Made by a program: the position numbers and the translations under genes
Part shown: in pieces, positions 19,240 through 30,267 of the stretch
Layout: each line of letters starts with the position of its first letter
Numbering within the stretch: the first letter of the stretch is position 1
The notes under the pieces: generated by a model
Database searches by the model: none
Seen by the model: the letters and a program-made list of their open reading frames with translations, nothing else
What the model was told of the DNA's origin: nothing
Origin: Nitrosopumilus sp.
GTDB taxonomy: Archaea > Thermoproteota > Nitrososphaeria > Nitrososphaerales > Nitrosopumilaceae
Assembly (NCBI GenBank): GCA_965204345.1
Contig: OZ241981.1
Location: forward strand, 256,001-320,000
Length of the DNA stretch: 64,000 bases
Direction: 5' to 3'

Positions 19240-20447
19240 GGTTTTTTCAATATCACAATGTGTTCATTATAAATCCTGTTCGTAATATTTGCTCTTTTTA
19301 TGCCTAACCTATGAAATTTGATTTCGTCTAACATTTCTAATTTAAAATCAAATCCAGATTCTTCTCCCATACGGCGTAAAAATACATTTAATGGCACTCG
19401 TTGCTCCAATACTTTACTATTACCCACAATAATAGCACAATGTCCTCCGGATTTTAGCACTTTGTAAAATTTGTTCATTATTTCATGTAAATCATTAAAG
19501 TACTGACTAGTTTTAAGCCCATAAGAAGTAGATTTGGAATAAATTTTATCTATGAAATTATCAACCTCTTTGATTTGTGTATACATCAATTCCTTATCCA
19601 TACCAGAACTCAGTTCACCATGAATAGATTTTCGTGCTAATTTTCGATACTCCTCTACTGAACCATTATTTAACCAAAAATTTTCCAGTTTGGTACTACG
19701 AAAATATTCCATTGCAGAAAGATAGGGGGGTGATGTGACAATCATATCTACCCTTCGTCGTAAATTAATTTTTTTGACATCATCGCCAATGATCTGAGCT
19801 TTTGACTTTATATCAGAAATTTCATTTATACGATCAATATTGAAATCCAGTTGTAGTAGAAATTCGTTTAGTACATTAGGTGGGTGTGGTTGTTTTGCTA
19901 ATCTTGGCAGGATATCTCGCGGCTCTGCATTTGATACTTTTTTCACAATTGCAGAAAAACAAATCAAAAGAAAATCACGAATGTCATTATCAGTGTCAAC
20001 ATTATCTATCACATGTTTTATTTTTGCTAAATCATTTTGTGTCTTTTTAGTGAACCAAAAGTCTCGATTTTGAAATTGTGGAACAGTTACTTTTTTAGAT
20101 TTTTTTATATCCAAATAACACTGATGAGATTTTTTTTTAAGTTCGTCAACATCCAGTGGAGTTATTTTTACTTTGGAAATCAATCTAGCAATAGGATTCA
20201 ATTCTATACCAAGTGCATCACGCTGTAATAATATAGATTCCAACAACGTAGTTCCAGAACCACAGAATCCGTCCAAGATTGTATCATGTTCCTTGGAAAA
20301 TTTACTGATAAGATAATTTGGAATATGCGGAATTAATTTTGCAGGATATTTGTGAATGTGATGAGTTGCTCTGGTTCTTTTTGAAAGTTCAGGCATAAGT
20401 TCTTTAAAGTTTATTGGAATCGATTGTTTTTGTAAAAGTATAGACAT
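19236..20447 (-). CDS. DNA cytosine-N4 methyltransferase
   Basis: HKYPAKL, ILDGFCGSGT, IVTSPPY. Confidence 0.9.
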   Translation of the reverse strand: MSILLQKQSIPINFKELMPELSKRTRATHHIHKYPAKLIPHIPNYLISKFSKEHDTILDGFCGSGTTLLESILLQRDALGIELNPIARLISKVKITPLDVDELKKKSHQCYLDIKKSKKVTVPQFQNRDFWFTKKTQNDLAKIKHVIDNVDTDNDIRDFLLICFSAIVKKVSNAEPRDILPRLAKQPHPPNVLNEFLLQLDFNIDRINEISDIKSKAQIIGDDVKKINLRRRVDMIVTSPPYLSAMEYFRSTKLENFWLNNGSVEEYRKLARKSIHGELSSGMDKELMYTQIKEVDNFIDKIYSKSTSYGLKTSQYFNDLHEIMNKFYKVLKSGGHCAIIVGNSKVLEQRVPLNVFLRRMGEESGFDFKLEMLDEIKFHRLGIKRANITNRIYNEHIVILKKP

Positions 20448-20999
20448 AATTTATCTCTCAAATTATTTTAAACTCTGAGTTGTGATCAATAATTGACTTT
20501 ATGATCGAATTTCTGGTCGTATTCTGTTTCTTTTGAATTTCTTTTTTGGGAATCTCTACAATAATTTTTTGACCAATAAAAATAGCAGGCATGCCGACTA
20601 TGCTACTTGTATCATTATTTTTTGTGACATGTTTTTGATAGTTAAAATGTGGATTCATTTTGTAATTCAAGTTTGTAAACCATATTTGTATTTAAGATGA
20701 CTTTGACACAAGATTATCATCAAATCACGGTTTTGCATCAGAACCAAGTTTGATGATACAGATACTTTGCACATCCCAATAATATCCAAAAACAACTTTC
20801 TGGTTCGTTTCTAATTGAAGATAAAGAGATAGTATCTGTTTTGTGTAGTTTATGTAAACAGTTCTCCCCTTGGACATACAACAAGTTTGATGAGGAGGAT
20901 CCAATTGCAGTTACAATATGGAATTTTATTTATTGACCGTGACACTTTAAACATGATATTGTGATTATTATAAATTCAGCCTAGCGATTAAAATAAAAT

Positions 21000-23096
21000 C
21001 TAGTTTGCCTGTGAGTCAAGCCATATGGTGTGTCGTATCTCGACAGGTTCTGTAGGAGCAGCAGATCCCATCTGAACCGTTATTCTAAATGGTATGGTTA
21101 TGGTCTGCTCGACTGCAGGCATGTCATATACTATGGAGTTTTGCTTGGTCTTCTCTATCTTGCTCCAGGAGTTATCTGCTGCACTGTACGTCTCTACCAG
21201 ATAATTTCTAAATAATGGCACATGATCCCATCCCAAATGTATGCGAGTTATGTCATTATCAGACGTGGAAGATGCGGCAGTATCAATTGCCCTGACACCA
21301 AAATTATCAGGTGACTCTAATGCAGATGGCATGGATATTGTAACTATGTCAGAGTATATCTTGTGCTGGCCTACCCGCTCAAATATTCTATATGAAATAT
21401 CCTGACCCAGCCATTCTGGTCGTATGGTATCCGATACAGTTCCGTTTCCGGCACTAAACTGCTCTACTATATTCTCACCATCCAGTCTCTGCATACGGTA
21501 TGTGTCATCACCAACTTCGTTACTGTCAGACCACTCTATGCTTATGGTATCAGAGCCTGCAATGTGGGATGCCTTTAACGCAAGATTGCTATCAAATGGC
21601 TCATCCCCGGTATTTACAAGGATGGTACTTTGTGTATTGTCATCTCCTCTTACTCCTACGGATACAAAGTATGCAGTGTCATCTTTGAGATTCTCAAAGG
21701 TGTAGTTGTGTATGCCTGCATCTACGATGTCAGTTGTTTTATCAGCAGGATTAGATACGGGGGCGATAACTATTTTGTATGGTTCCAGTTGTGTGGCATC
21801 ACCTGCCTCCCATGATACAGTTATGGTGCCATCCAATGAAGAATATTGCTTTGATGTAAACAGGACCGTATTTGGATTGCCATCATGCAACATGTCAAGA
21901 ATCTCAACCGTACTCAAATCATTAGTGTACGTATCAATGGCACCTGATGCACTACTGCCACCACCAGACACAGGTATCGTAACTACCTTGACATTATCAA
22001 TATGGAATGTAGAGTTGTCTGGGGATTGGGCCCACCCGAATATTAACAATCTACAGTGGCATTCACTAAAATCAATCAGTGGTACCCTGGCTGTAAACGT
22101 GTTAAACTCTGTTCCCACTGTTGGTTCCTGCGTGGTCTCCCATACGTATGTCTGATAAGAGGGAGTAAACGGACTTCCATCCCCAATCAGATACACCCTA
22201 AAATCGGCAGTGTCTGCTGTGTGCAGATAGTCAAATGAGAACTCCAGGTCGTGATTATCTGTAGGGGCATCAAGCTGGAAATATCTCTGCATGCCAATAT
22301 ATCCGACTCCGCATGCACCGTTAAAGTCAAAGTATGCAGAGCCATTGTTAACTGAGCTGTGTACCAGGCTGTGTCTGTTGGTGTCTGTTCTAACGCAGTC
22401 ATGTGAGGAGAACGTGTGTAGTGGAGCTCCCCAATTTCTCCAGGGATCAGTGTTATTATCAAATGTGTCATGCAGTACGGTGGTACTTTGTTTGATGGGC
22501 TCTTCATTTTTTATGATTATCTTTTGGATGGCAGTAGCCGTGTTTCCGGCAGTGTCAGTAACAGTCCAGGATACAGTAGAGTTTCCAATGCTGCGGCGCT
22601 CGTCTACATCACTGGTTATGAGGGGGGTATCATCAATGTTATCAGACGCAATGGCAAAACCCGTCTGGTCTTGATGCAGTATGACAGTTTCAGTATCTGC
22701 ATTAAGGGCATAACTAGGCGGGGCAGTTATGGTGGGTGCCACTCTGTCCTCGACTATGACTCGCTGGGCAGCAGAAGCAGTGTTTCCGGCAGTATCAGTA
22801 GCAGTCCAGACAATGGTGGTTACGCCTATTGGAAATATGTCAGGTGCGTTGTTAGTTATGACTGGTGCTGGTGTAGGATTGCCAATCAGCGTGGGCGTGC
22901 CAAGATTGACACTACTTTGAGATATGCCGTTACTTGATGTAGCTGTTAGGACTAGTCCGGGCGGAGCTGTAATGCGAGCAGTGGTCATGTTTGTGTCAGT
23001 TGAGCTTTGAGCAAAGGATTCAGCAGAATGCAACAGGATGCCTGCAGAGGCTATTACTGCCACTAAAGCTAGAACCCGTATCAATTTGATGTTCAA
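21000..23096 (-). CDS. Secreted HYR/Ig-like + beta-sandwich + FN3 surface protein
   Basis: Signal peptide, WTATDTAGN HYR-like repeats, FENLKDDTAY FN3 motif. Confidence 0.8.
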   Translation of the reverse strand: MNIKLIRVLALVAVIASAGILLHSAESFAQSSTDTNMTTARITAPPGLVLTATSSNGISQSSVNLGTPTLIGNPTPAPVITNNAPDIFPIGVTTIVWTATDTAGNTASAAQRVIVEDRVAPTITAPPSYALNADTETVILHQDQTGFAIASDNIDDTPLITSDVDERRSIGNSTVSWTVTDTAGNTATAIQKIIIKNEEPIKQSTTVLHDTFDNNTDPWRNWGAPLHTFSSHDCVRTDTNRHSLVHSSVNNGSAYFDFNGACGVGYIGMQRYFQLDAPTDNHDLEFSFDYLHTADTADFRVYLIGDGSPFTPSYQTYVWETTQEPTVGTEFNTFTARVPLIDFSECHCRLLIFGWAQSPDNSTFHIDNVKVVTIPVSGGGSSASGAIDTYTNDLSTVEILDMLHDGNPNTVLFTSKQYSSLDGTITVSWEAGDATQLEPYKIVIAPVSNPADKTTDIVDAGIHNYTFENLKDDTAYFVSVGVRGDDNTQSTILVNTGDEPFDSNLALKASHIAGSDTISIEWSDSNEVGDDTYRMQRLDGENIVEQFSAGNGTVSDTIRPEWLGQDISYRIFERVGQHKIYSDIVTISMPSALESPDNFGVRAIDTAASSTSDNDITRIHLGWDHVPLFRNYLVETYSAADNSWSKIEKTKQNSIVYDMPAVEQTITIPFRITVQMGSAAPTEPVEIRHTIWLDSQAN

Positions 23097-26000
23097 CTTG
23101 TAGTGGCACCTCCATCTTCTGCATTTGCCTGACTAGTTGATATTGTAATGCCTGTCCTTGTGGAATCATCCCCTGTTACCTGTACTGTTACCATGTATTG
23201 GGTGTCCGGTTCTAGTCCTGCAAACATGTGTTGGAGATTGTTATTATTATCAGATGCCAAGACACTGTGTGTTGTTATATCATCGGGATTGGATACTGGC
23301 CATGCAGATACGGTATAGTCATGCGTATAACTGTCATCTATGTCGTCCCATCCTATGCCGATGCTGTTGTTGTTACTATCATCATCCTGAACATATTTTG
23401 CAGATATGATTATCCTGTCATAGTATAATGATTCGGCAATGAATTTTTCCAATTCTGCAACTGTAAGCATGTTTGTTGGTCTGTCTGCCGGTATTTCACT
23501 GTCACCAGATGCCCCAGAGGATGCAGGTTTAGTCATTGCAAGGTGTACGTTATCAATATGCGTGTACAACGGCAACACTTGATCACCCCTGTCAAATCTG
23601 TACAGCTGTATGACACACGGACAACGATCCACATCAAATCCGTTACTCTGTACAATTGTGGTCTGCCAGTGATTGCCCCTTATGTCTATTGAATCATGGG
23701 TTACTAGTTTGGCAGTGCCAAGTACCTGTCCTGTATTGCTGACAATGGCAACATACAGTATGTGTGATTGGGGATCATCTAAGATGTGAATGTGCTCTGT
23801 GACCATTCTAAAGTTATGGTTATCAAATTTATCTGCAATGTCCACTGTCTTGTACATTATGGATGCAGACACCCCGCAGTCATGCTCTCGGTATATCTGG
23901 GCCGAGCCGCCATACTGCTCACTGTACCTTGCACCGTACAGGCTAGTGGGAGCAGGATCACACTGCTCGTCTTGAATTTCATGTGGAACATAGTGACGCT
24001 GTATCCACGAATCAAGCGAGTCATCAAAGGTGTCATGGAATATCTGATTTGCAGTAACTGCCGTACTGTTTTGGACTGTGACATTTTGGTTTAGTTGTGC
24101 AATGTTTCCGCTGGGATCTATTGTGGTCCATTCTACGATGTTGGCCCCTAGCTCAAGCAGGTAATTGTCAAGAAAGATTGGCGGTGATGAGCGATTTACT
24201 AGTAGCTGGTTGTCATGGTATTGGGCAATCCGGGTATCTCCTGTGTTAAAGGGTGTTATCTGCTGGGTGGTATCTATTGTAACTGCAGCAGATAATGTCA
24301 GGCCCGGTGATACGTTATCATGTATTACTATCCACTGGTTTGCAGTTGCGTTGTTTCCATAGCTGTCAGTGGCAACCCATACAACCTTGGTGATGCCAGG
24401 AGAGAATGCCGCAGGTGCGTTGTTTGTTATGACGGGATTAGAATCCATATCATCCTGTACTATGGGTGTGCCAAGCTCTTGAGGTGGCAAAACCACACTC
24501 TGATCTGTCGTGATGATTATCTTTGATGCAGGAGCCGTAATGCTTGGAGGGCTGTCAGCAGCTCTTGATATGATTACACTAAAGGATATAGTTGCCGTAT
24601 TGCCGGAGCTGTCACGCGCAATACACGATACAGTGGTAGAGCCGACAGGGAATATGCGTGATGATGATGGTGATGGTATGCATGTCACAGTAACGTTGGG
24701 ATCTTCGGCATCTGTGGCTGTTGGCAGATCAAACATGACTGTTCTTCCTTGCATGTCAGGGGATACCAGCAGGATATCAGACGGTGTGTGCGTAAATGTC
24801 GGAGGATTCCTATCTCGGACAGTCACCGTCTGTGTGAGAGTTGCGGTATTTCCAGAATCATCAGTGGCAGTCCATACAATGTTGTGTGTTCCAACGGCAA
24901 ATGATGCAGTATCACTGGCAGTTACAGCAACAACGTCTGAATCCACTATGTCAGTTGCAGCTGGCGCGCTTATTGATACGGGTGTAAGTACAGCAGTAGC
25001 ATCCACAGTTATTGGTGCAGGCTGTGCTATTGTGGGAGGAGTGGTATCCTCGATGGTTATTGTGCTAGTTATTGTAGATGTATTGCCTGATGTATCAGTT
25101 GCAGTCCATGTGATTATGGTATTGCCCAGTGGGAATGATGCAGGTGCGTTGTTTGTTATGGTAACATCAGACAAATCCGTTGCAGATGGGATGCCATAGT
25201 CTGCACTATTTAGCGGAGTCAATACGCCTGTTGCCTCAAATGTCATATCACGTATGGTGCCAAGCTGTGGCGGCATGGTATCCCGTATTGTGACATCTTG
25301 GGTCATACTAACAGAGTTGCCTGACGTATCAGTGGCAATCCATGTAACTGTTGTAGTGCCAATGGGAAACCTGTCAGGTGCGTTGTTTGTTATGGTAACA
25401 GGAAAGATATCTGATATTGTGGGGTTTGTCAGCCGTATTGCAGTAAATGATGAGGTAGCCTCTACTAGGATATTGGCAGGTTTTTGTATTACCGGCGGAG
25501 TCGTATCCCGTATGGTTATAACCTGAGTGTCTGTTGCAAAGTTTCGGGAGGCATCAGTTACAGTCCATCTTACTGTCGTATCACCCAGTGGGAAATCCCT
25601 TGGCGCATTGTTTGTTACAGGCAAGAGTCTGTTACCAGTTACCTCTGGCGTTCCAAGCTGTTCTGCGGTAAGACGTGTAAGTATGCCTGTTGCCTCTATT
25701 GTCTTATCTGATGGTGCAGTTATTTCGGGCATAGTAGCAGGCGTTGATATTATGTTTGTCACTCCGCTGGTACCCGAATTCAGATATGCTCTATTTATCA
25801 GAATGCTTGGTCCCGTATATGTCACAGTAATTTGCGTATCATATGGAATGTCTGCAACACGCATCGTTACTGCAGCAGAGTTTGCGCGATGAGACAATGA
25901 AGTAATTGTTCCATGGCTGATCTCAAAGTCAGAGGCATCCAGCCTAACTGGAATTCTCTCCATCAGGCTAAATGATATGCTTGTTCTCTCCGCGCCAAGA

Positions 26001-28138
26001 TGGGGTCTGAGAATGATGTCCGGCTCGGCAGGCGTAGGCTTGTATACCTTAAAGTTGTCTACTTCTACAAAGCCTTTATTTTCAGAGAGGTCCATTAGCA
26101 GACGCAGTTTTGCACTGCTTTGAGGTATTACCAGAGACAGGTATTCGCGCTCCCATTCGTCTGTGTCCTCGTCGTTGTTGCGGGTGTATTCTGCAAGCGT
26201 AGTCCATGTTGTTCCATCATTTATAGAATATTGGACATAAAGACCATTGTCATGCCTAACGAGTCTGTCTACAAATCTGTCAAAGGATATTGTAAGTGGT
26301 TGACGTGTATCAAACTGGGTAGGTATAGTTAAGATGCATAACCCGTTGCAATGATCAGATGACAATACTTTGTTCCTAGTATTGGTTGCAGGGAATATGA
26401 CTTCATCAGGAGTAATTGTTGATGCTCTACCATCACCTGTAATCCTCCACTTTGACAGTCCTCCTTGAAAATTCTCCTCAAAATTGGTAGTGATTGGTCC
26501 TGATATTGGCCTATAAGGTATGCTATTTGCATCAAGTGTTACCATGCCTCCTGAAGTAGGGGTCCTGATAACAGGATTTCCAAATATATCGCGTGCATTT
26601 GAGAATAATATTGAAAATGTGCCATCTTCCCCATCAAGCAGATGCGAGTATTCAAAGGTCGTATCTGATGTACGGGTCATCGTTCCGGTAGTTGACGTAT
26701 AGCCGTTTGTGATTGTAACATCAAGCGGAAAATTGGGGTTTATAATCTCATTAAACGTTGCAGAAATATCCAGACTTCCACTCTGCGGTATGTTTTGGGG
26801 CAGTGTCACATTGCCTGTCGGTCTTATGTCATCGTATGTCTGTGCCGGTCCGCGCAGTGATGCAATGTGTGGTGCTGTTGCAAATATTACTCTGGCATTC
26901 CAGCTGACATCATCACCTGCCCTATTGAGCGTACCAAAGAAATTTCTGAATGGATCCGACCATACTCTTTTTCTTGCACATATTTCTTCTACCTGAGTAA
27001 TTGGACTATCACAGTTGCCACCACTTGATGCCATTATTGTTCTTTGGAAAATGCCTGCATCATAATATCCATGACCCTTACTGAAATTTGGGTTTCTTTC
27101 CATGTCAATGTCGTATCCTGCCCCGTGCATAAGCCCTATTGCATTAGTTGCAGAGTATACAGCAAGACACTTTACGTCCACTACTGCAAATGCTGTACGT
27201 GTACTTCTAACAAGCTGCTGTGCAGTTTTAGAACATTCGTTATTCAAATCTTTACCAATATCATTACCATCAACATCATCATCATTAACATTAATGATAC
27301 TATCAACAAACATTATTGCAATATCTGCCTCTTCTCGTTCTATTAACGCACGAGCTGTTTTGAATTCACGCTCATCAGAGAATCGAAATTTATCAAGATC
27401 ATCTTTCAAGTCATCAGTCTCGACATATCCATCTATCCTAGTACGATCTACGAGATTGAGTTCAACTGGAATACCGTTTTGTCTATACGTACGATTTGTG
27501 TCATCTATTGCATTGGATGCGATGAGACGTATTGAGTTATGAAATTCGCTAACTGCATCCTCAGTTGCGGCTATGAATACATCTATGACCAGTTTTTCGG
27601 TAAATACATCATCGTAATCAAATCCTCCAATGTATGATTCCTTCAAGTGATTTATTTTATCCATGTCAAAGGATTGCTCACCACTTGCACCGGGCGGTAC
27701 AACAGTGTCAGGTGGAAACTGGGATTGATCAATGAGATACACTTCATGTGTTGTGGCCTCTACAGGAAACACCTGGAATGTTTTGTTTAATGTGTCTATT
27801 ATTCCCACTGCCTTTGTACCGCTTATTTCAAACATTGCAGTCTCTTCATCATTATTGGAACCTTTCCACAGATAGTTGCCATCTTCATAATGCTCCACAG
27901 AGTCTTTTGTGAAGGTTGTCGATTCTCCAAATATTGTAATGCTTAGATGTTCTGATGAGAAAATTTGCGTATCTATTGCTACCATCCTTGATTCAAAATT
28001 ATAGCCCTCAAAAACATCAAGTGATTCTAGCTCACTATCTGGCAAGGGTACAAACAGTTCAGATGTCTGTGCATATGCGTGTCCGATACTCATAACTGCA
28101 AATATTGTTAGTAGGAGGGCAAGCAAATTAGTCAACAC
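23093..28138 (-). CDS. Giant secreted protein: inactive M12B-like domain, beta-sandwich, multiple HYR repeats, FN3
   Basis: IDVFIA...ADIA...NAIGLMHGAGYD...RTIMA reprolysin-like layout without the His ligands; repeated DTTPP...WTATDxSGN. Confidence 0.8.
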   Translation of the reverse strand: MLTNLLALLLTIFAVMSIGHAYAQTSELFVPLPDSELESLDVFEGYNFESRMVAIDTQIFSSEHLSITIFGESTTFTKDSVEHYEDGNYLWKGSNNDEETAMFEISGTKAVGIIDTLNKTFQVFPVEATTHEVYLIDQSQFPPDTVVPPGASGEQSFDMDKINHLKESYIGGFDYDDVFTEKLVIDVFIAATEDAVSEFHNSIRLIASNAIDDTNRTYRQNGIPVELNLVDRTRIDGYVETDDLKDDLDKFRFSDEREFKTARALIEREEADIAIMFVDSIINVNDDDVDGNDIGKDLNNECSKTAQQLVRSTRTAFAVVDVKCLAVYSATNAIGLMHGAGYDIDMERNPNFSKGHGYYDAGIFQRTIMASSGGNCDSPITQVEEICARKRVWSDPFRNFFGTLNRAGDDVSWNARVIFATAPHIASLRGPAQTYDDIRPTGNVTLPQNIPQSGSLDISATFNEIINPNFPLDVTITNGYTSTTGTMTRTSDTTFEYSHLLDGEDGTFSILFSNARDIFGNPVIRTPTSGGMVTLDANSIPYRPISGPITTNFEENFQGGLSKWRITGDGRASTITPDEVIFPATNTRNKVLSSDHCNGLCILTIPTQFDTRQPLTISFDRFVDRLVRHDNGLYVQYSINDGTTWTTLAEYTRNNDEDTDEWEREYLSLVIPQSSAKLRLLMDLSENKGFVEVDNFKVYKPTPAEPDIILRPHLGAERTSISFSLMERIPVRLDASDFEISHGTITSLSHRANSAAVTMRVADIPYDTQITVTYTGPSILINRAYLNSGTSGVTNIISTPATMPEITAPSDKTIEATGILTRLTAEQLGTPEVTGNRLLPVTNNAPRDFPLGDTTVRWTVTDASRNFATDTQVITIRDTTPPVIQKPANILVEATSSFTAIRLTNPTISDIFPVTITNNAPDRFPIGTTTVTWIATDTSGNSVSMTQDVTIRDTMPPQLGTIRDMTFEATGVLTPLNSADYGIPSATDLSDVTITNNAPASFPLGNTIITWTATDTSGNTSTITSTITIEDTTPPTIAQPAPITVDATAVLTPVSISAPAATDIVDSDVVAVTASDTASFAVGTHNIVWTATDDSGNTATLTQTVTVRDRNPPTFTHTPSDILLVSPDMQGRTVMFDLPTATDAEDPNVTVTCIPSPSSSRIFPVGSTTVSCIARDSSGNTATISFSVIISRAADSPPSITAPASKIIITTDQSVVLPPQELGTPIVQDDMDSNPVITNNAPAAFSPGITKVVWVATDSYGNNATANQWIVIHDNVSPGLTLSAAVTIDTTQQITPFNTGDTRIAQYHDNQLLVNRSSPPIFLDNYLLELGANIVEWTTIDPSGNIAQLNQNVTVQNSTAVTANQIFHDTFDDSLDSWIQRHYVPHEIQDEQCDPAPTSLYGARYSEQYGGSAQIYREHDCGVSASIMYKTVDIADKFDNHNFRMVTEHIHILDDPQSHILYVAIVSNTGQVLGTAKLVTHDSIDIRGNHWQTTIVQSNGFDVDRCPCVIQLYRFDRGDQVLPLYTHIDNVHLAMTKPASSGASGDSEIPADRPTNMLTVAELEKFIAESLYYDRIIISAKYVQDDDSNNNSIGIGWDDIDDSYTHDYTVSAWPVSNPDDITTHSVLASDNNNNLQHMFAGLEPDTQYMVTVQVTGDDSTRTGITISTSQANAEDGGATTS

Positions 28139-28253
28139 ATTTCGTCCAAAGAGGGCTGTATATCAAAATTTGCATCCTGAGAATCTGTTTTTGGTCATAT
28201 ATGAATGATCAAGCTTTATTTTTTGAGATGTAATAACAATATTCATATCTGTT

Positions 28254-29609
28254 TTATCTTATCTTGGCATGTTCTGGAATGTTTATCTTGTCAATCCAGT
28301 CATCTATTACCGGAGTGCGAGTAAACCAGCCAATCTCTCCTGTAATACCCTCCATGCGAAGATATAATGTCTCTGCAGGATAAGTAATATTTGCAGGATA
28401 ATTACTATTTGAAGAATAATCCTTAATCATATCACAAGTTCCCACATCTGCTTCCCATATGGGAATCCCTGCTCGGAAGGATACAACTGAAATTTTTTTG
28501 ATATCATCCTTGCTATCGTATAGGACAATGTTATCACACTTAGGTTGGTGGAAACAATCATGATATCGTTTCTTATCATCCTTGCTATCGTATAGGGTAA
28601 GGTCGCACCATTCTCGTTCTATTACGTGTGCATTGTCAATAGCAAACTGATGCATTAATTGACGCATCATATCTTTTGACAACGGAGTAAAGTGAGGTTC
28701 TTCCTTATATAGAAAATACATGTACACGTTATTCCATTGCATTCGCATGTCTATTTTACCATTTTCAAGATATATCCATGAACGGTCAAAATCATGTTGC
28801 GTCTTTACTATCCTTGGCAGTCCTGATTTTTCTACAAAGTTTTGTATGAATTTTTCTGGACCTGCCGTTAGACTTTTGGCAAATGCAAGCTCATCCTTTT
28901 GGTCAAGGGAGTCATATTCGTCCCATTTTTTATCCAAATAATCTGACCTGAATATTTCATCAGGTTCTAATATTATCAGCTCTATTTGATTACTGTAGAA
29001 TGGACTGATAATGTTTCCTTTTTCTGTATAGTATGTATAGTTCATCTTATGTCCTCGAGATCCTCCAGGCGCAGGTTCAAGAGTATAGTCATATCTTGGA
29101 CCTTCAGAATTTGGAAGTATCAGTTTGTCATCTATACCATCAAGTATTTTCTGCATGATGCGCTCATAGTTTTCTATGGTTGTGGGAAGGTAGACACCTT
29201 TAGGAAGTGGTTCAATTACAGATAGGTCTATACCGCCAGAACTACGTGCAATAATGTACGGGTCTCCCAAATGAGGATAGTATGTCTCTGTCTGTACAGG
29301 ATCAGAGACAGCATCTGAGCTGCCCTCTGTCTGGTTGCTAGTAGTTGCCATAGGCAGCTCAGCAGTTGGCAGCTCATCAAATATTTTTATCATATGCCAG
29401 CCGCGCTCTACCAGTATGTCGGCCGTATCACTTTTCACACATACAGGCTTGTTGTTCCTAGGAGATTCCAGCAGAATCTTTTGATACTCACACTGGATTT
29501 CATAGAGCGGTACGCCTGATTTTAGCTGCTCATAGGGGGAGGCAATCTCAGCATATGCACTGGCAACTCCAAAAATGGATACAATGGATATGGCAAGCAG
29601 AATCCGCAT
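28254..29609 (-). CDS. Secreted hypothetical protein, SPYEQ family copy A
   Basis: Start set at MRILL by comparison with copy C; signal peptide plus SPYEQ...C...CV domain. Confidence 0.8.
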   Translation of the reverse strand: MRILLAISIVSIFGVASAYAEIASPYEQLKSGVPLYEIQCEYQKILLESPRNNKPVCVKSDTADILVERGWHMIKIFDELPTAELPMATTSNQTEGSSDAVSDPVQTETYYPHLGDPYIIARSSGGIDLSVIEPLPKGVYLPTTIENYERIMQKILDGIDDKLILPNSEGPRYDYTLEPAPGGSRGHKMNYTYYTEKGNIISPFYSNQIELIILEPDEIFRSDYLDKKWDEYDSLDQKDELAFAKSLTAGPEKFIQNFVEKSGLPRIVKTQHDFDRSWIYLENGKIDMRMQWNNVYMYFLYKEEPHFTPLSKDMMRQLMHQFAIDNAHVIEREWCDLTLYDSKDDKKRYHDCFHQPKCDNIVLYDSKDDIKKISVVSFRAGIPIWEADVGTCDMIKDYSSNSNYPANITYPAETLYLRMEGITGEIGWFTRTPVIDDWIDKINIPEHAKIR

Positions 29610-29899
29610 CGGTTTGTTGGTTTTTTGGCATACTATATTAGAAGTGCTATCAAATGCTTTGTTGTTTTCCAAAGCCAAAGGAAACGCAAAATCAATTTTG
29701 AGAATAAATATGAAAAATGCGCCAAAAAATGCACAATTGGTTCATCTGATGGTACGATTGGTCAAGCAGATTAGAAGCATATTTGAGACTTGGCTATGAA
29801 GATTAACAATCCAGAGTCTGATTATAAAATTAACATTTGCACATGAACCCCTAGTTGGAAATACAGAGAGAGTCTTTATTTTTTTCAACACACAACAGA

Positions 29900-30027
29900 A
29901 AAAACCTCTCTAGTTTTCCCCACATCCAAAATCAAGCCATATTTTTCTCTCTTGTTTAATTTTTTAATTTCCCTAAGAGTTCTGGTTTCCATCGTCTCTC
30001 ATAATCGATTTTTTCACTGACTGCCAT
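29900..30027 (-). pseudogene. Fragment of a class I SAM-dependent methyltransferase
   Basis: MAVSEKIDYERRWK...* followed by KIWLDFGCGEN* (motif I). Confidence 0.45.
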
Positions 30028-30033
30028 GAATCA

Positions 30034-30171
30034 TCACTTTGATTTTTTTGGAGTGCGATCCCAGTAGACATTTTTGCACTTGGCACATCTTAGCGGCTTT
30101 TCACCGTCGCGTGAGAGCCACTCATGACCGCATCTGCAACATTTCCATACGCTGCGTGTAACTGTTGGCAT
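30034..30171 (-). CDS. 45-aa Zn-ribbon protein (not in ORF track)
   Basis: MPTVTRSVWKCCRCGHEWLSRDGEKPLRCAKCKNVYWDRTPKKSK. Confidence 0.8.
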   Translation of the reverse strand: MPTVTRSVWKCCRCGHEWLSRDGEKPLRCAKCKNVYWDRTPKKSK

Positions 30172-30217
30172 CACCGAAGGTGATTACTACTCATATAAAA
30201 ACATTCACTGAAGGTGA
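30171..30217. promoter_or_regulatory. Two palindromic boxes TCAC(C/T)GAAGGTGA flanking a TATA-like element
   Basis: Copies at 30171-30183 and 30205-30217. Confidence 0.6.
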
Positions 30218-30267
30218 TCACCATTAATATCAAAATTTAAATACACTGTTAGGGTTCACTAATAGTT

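Noticed and set aside
20458-20880. Fifth gene of the MTase operon
   Set aside because: Only short broken frames with no recognisable motif; possibly a decayed gene.
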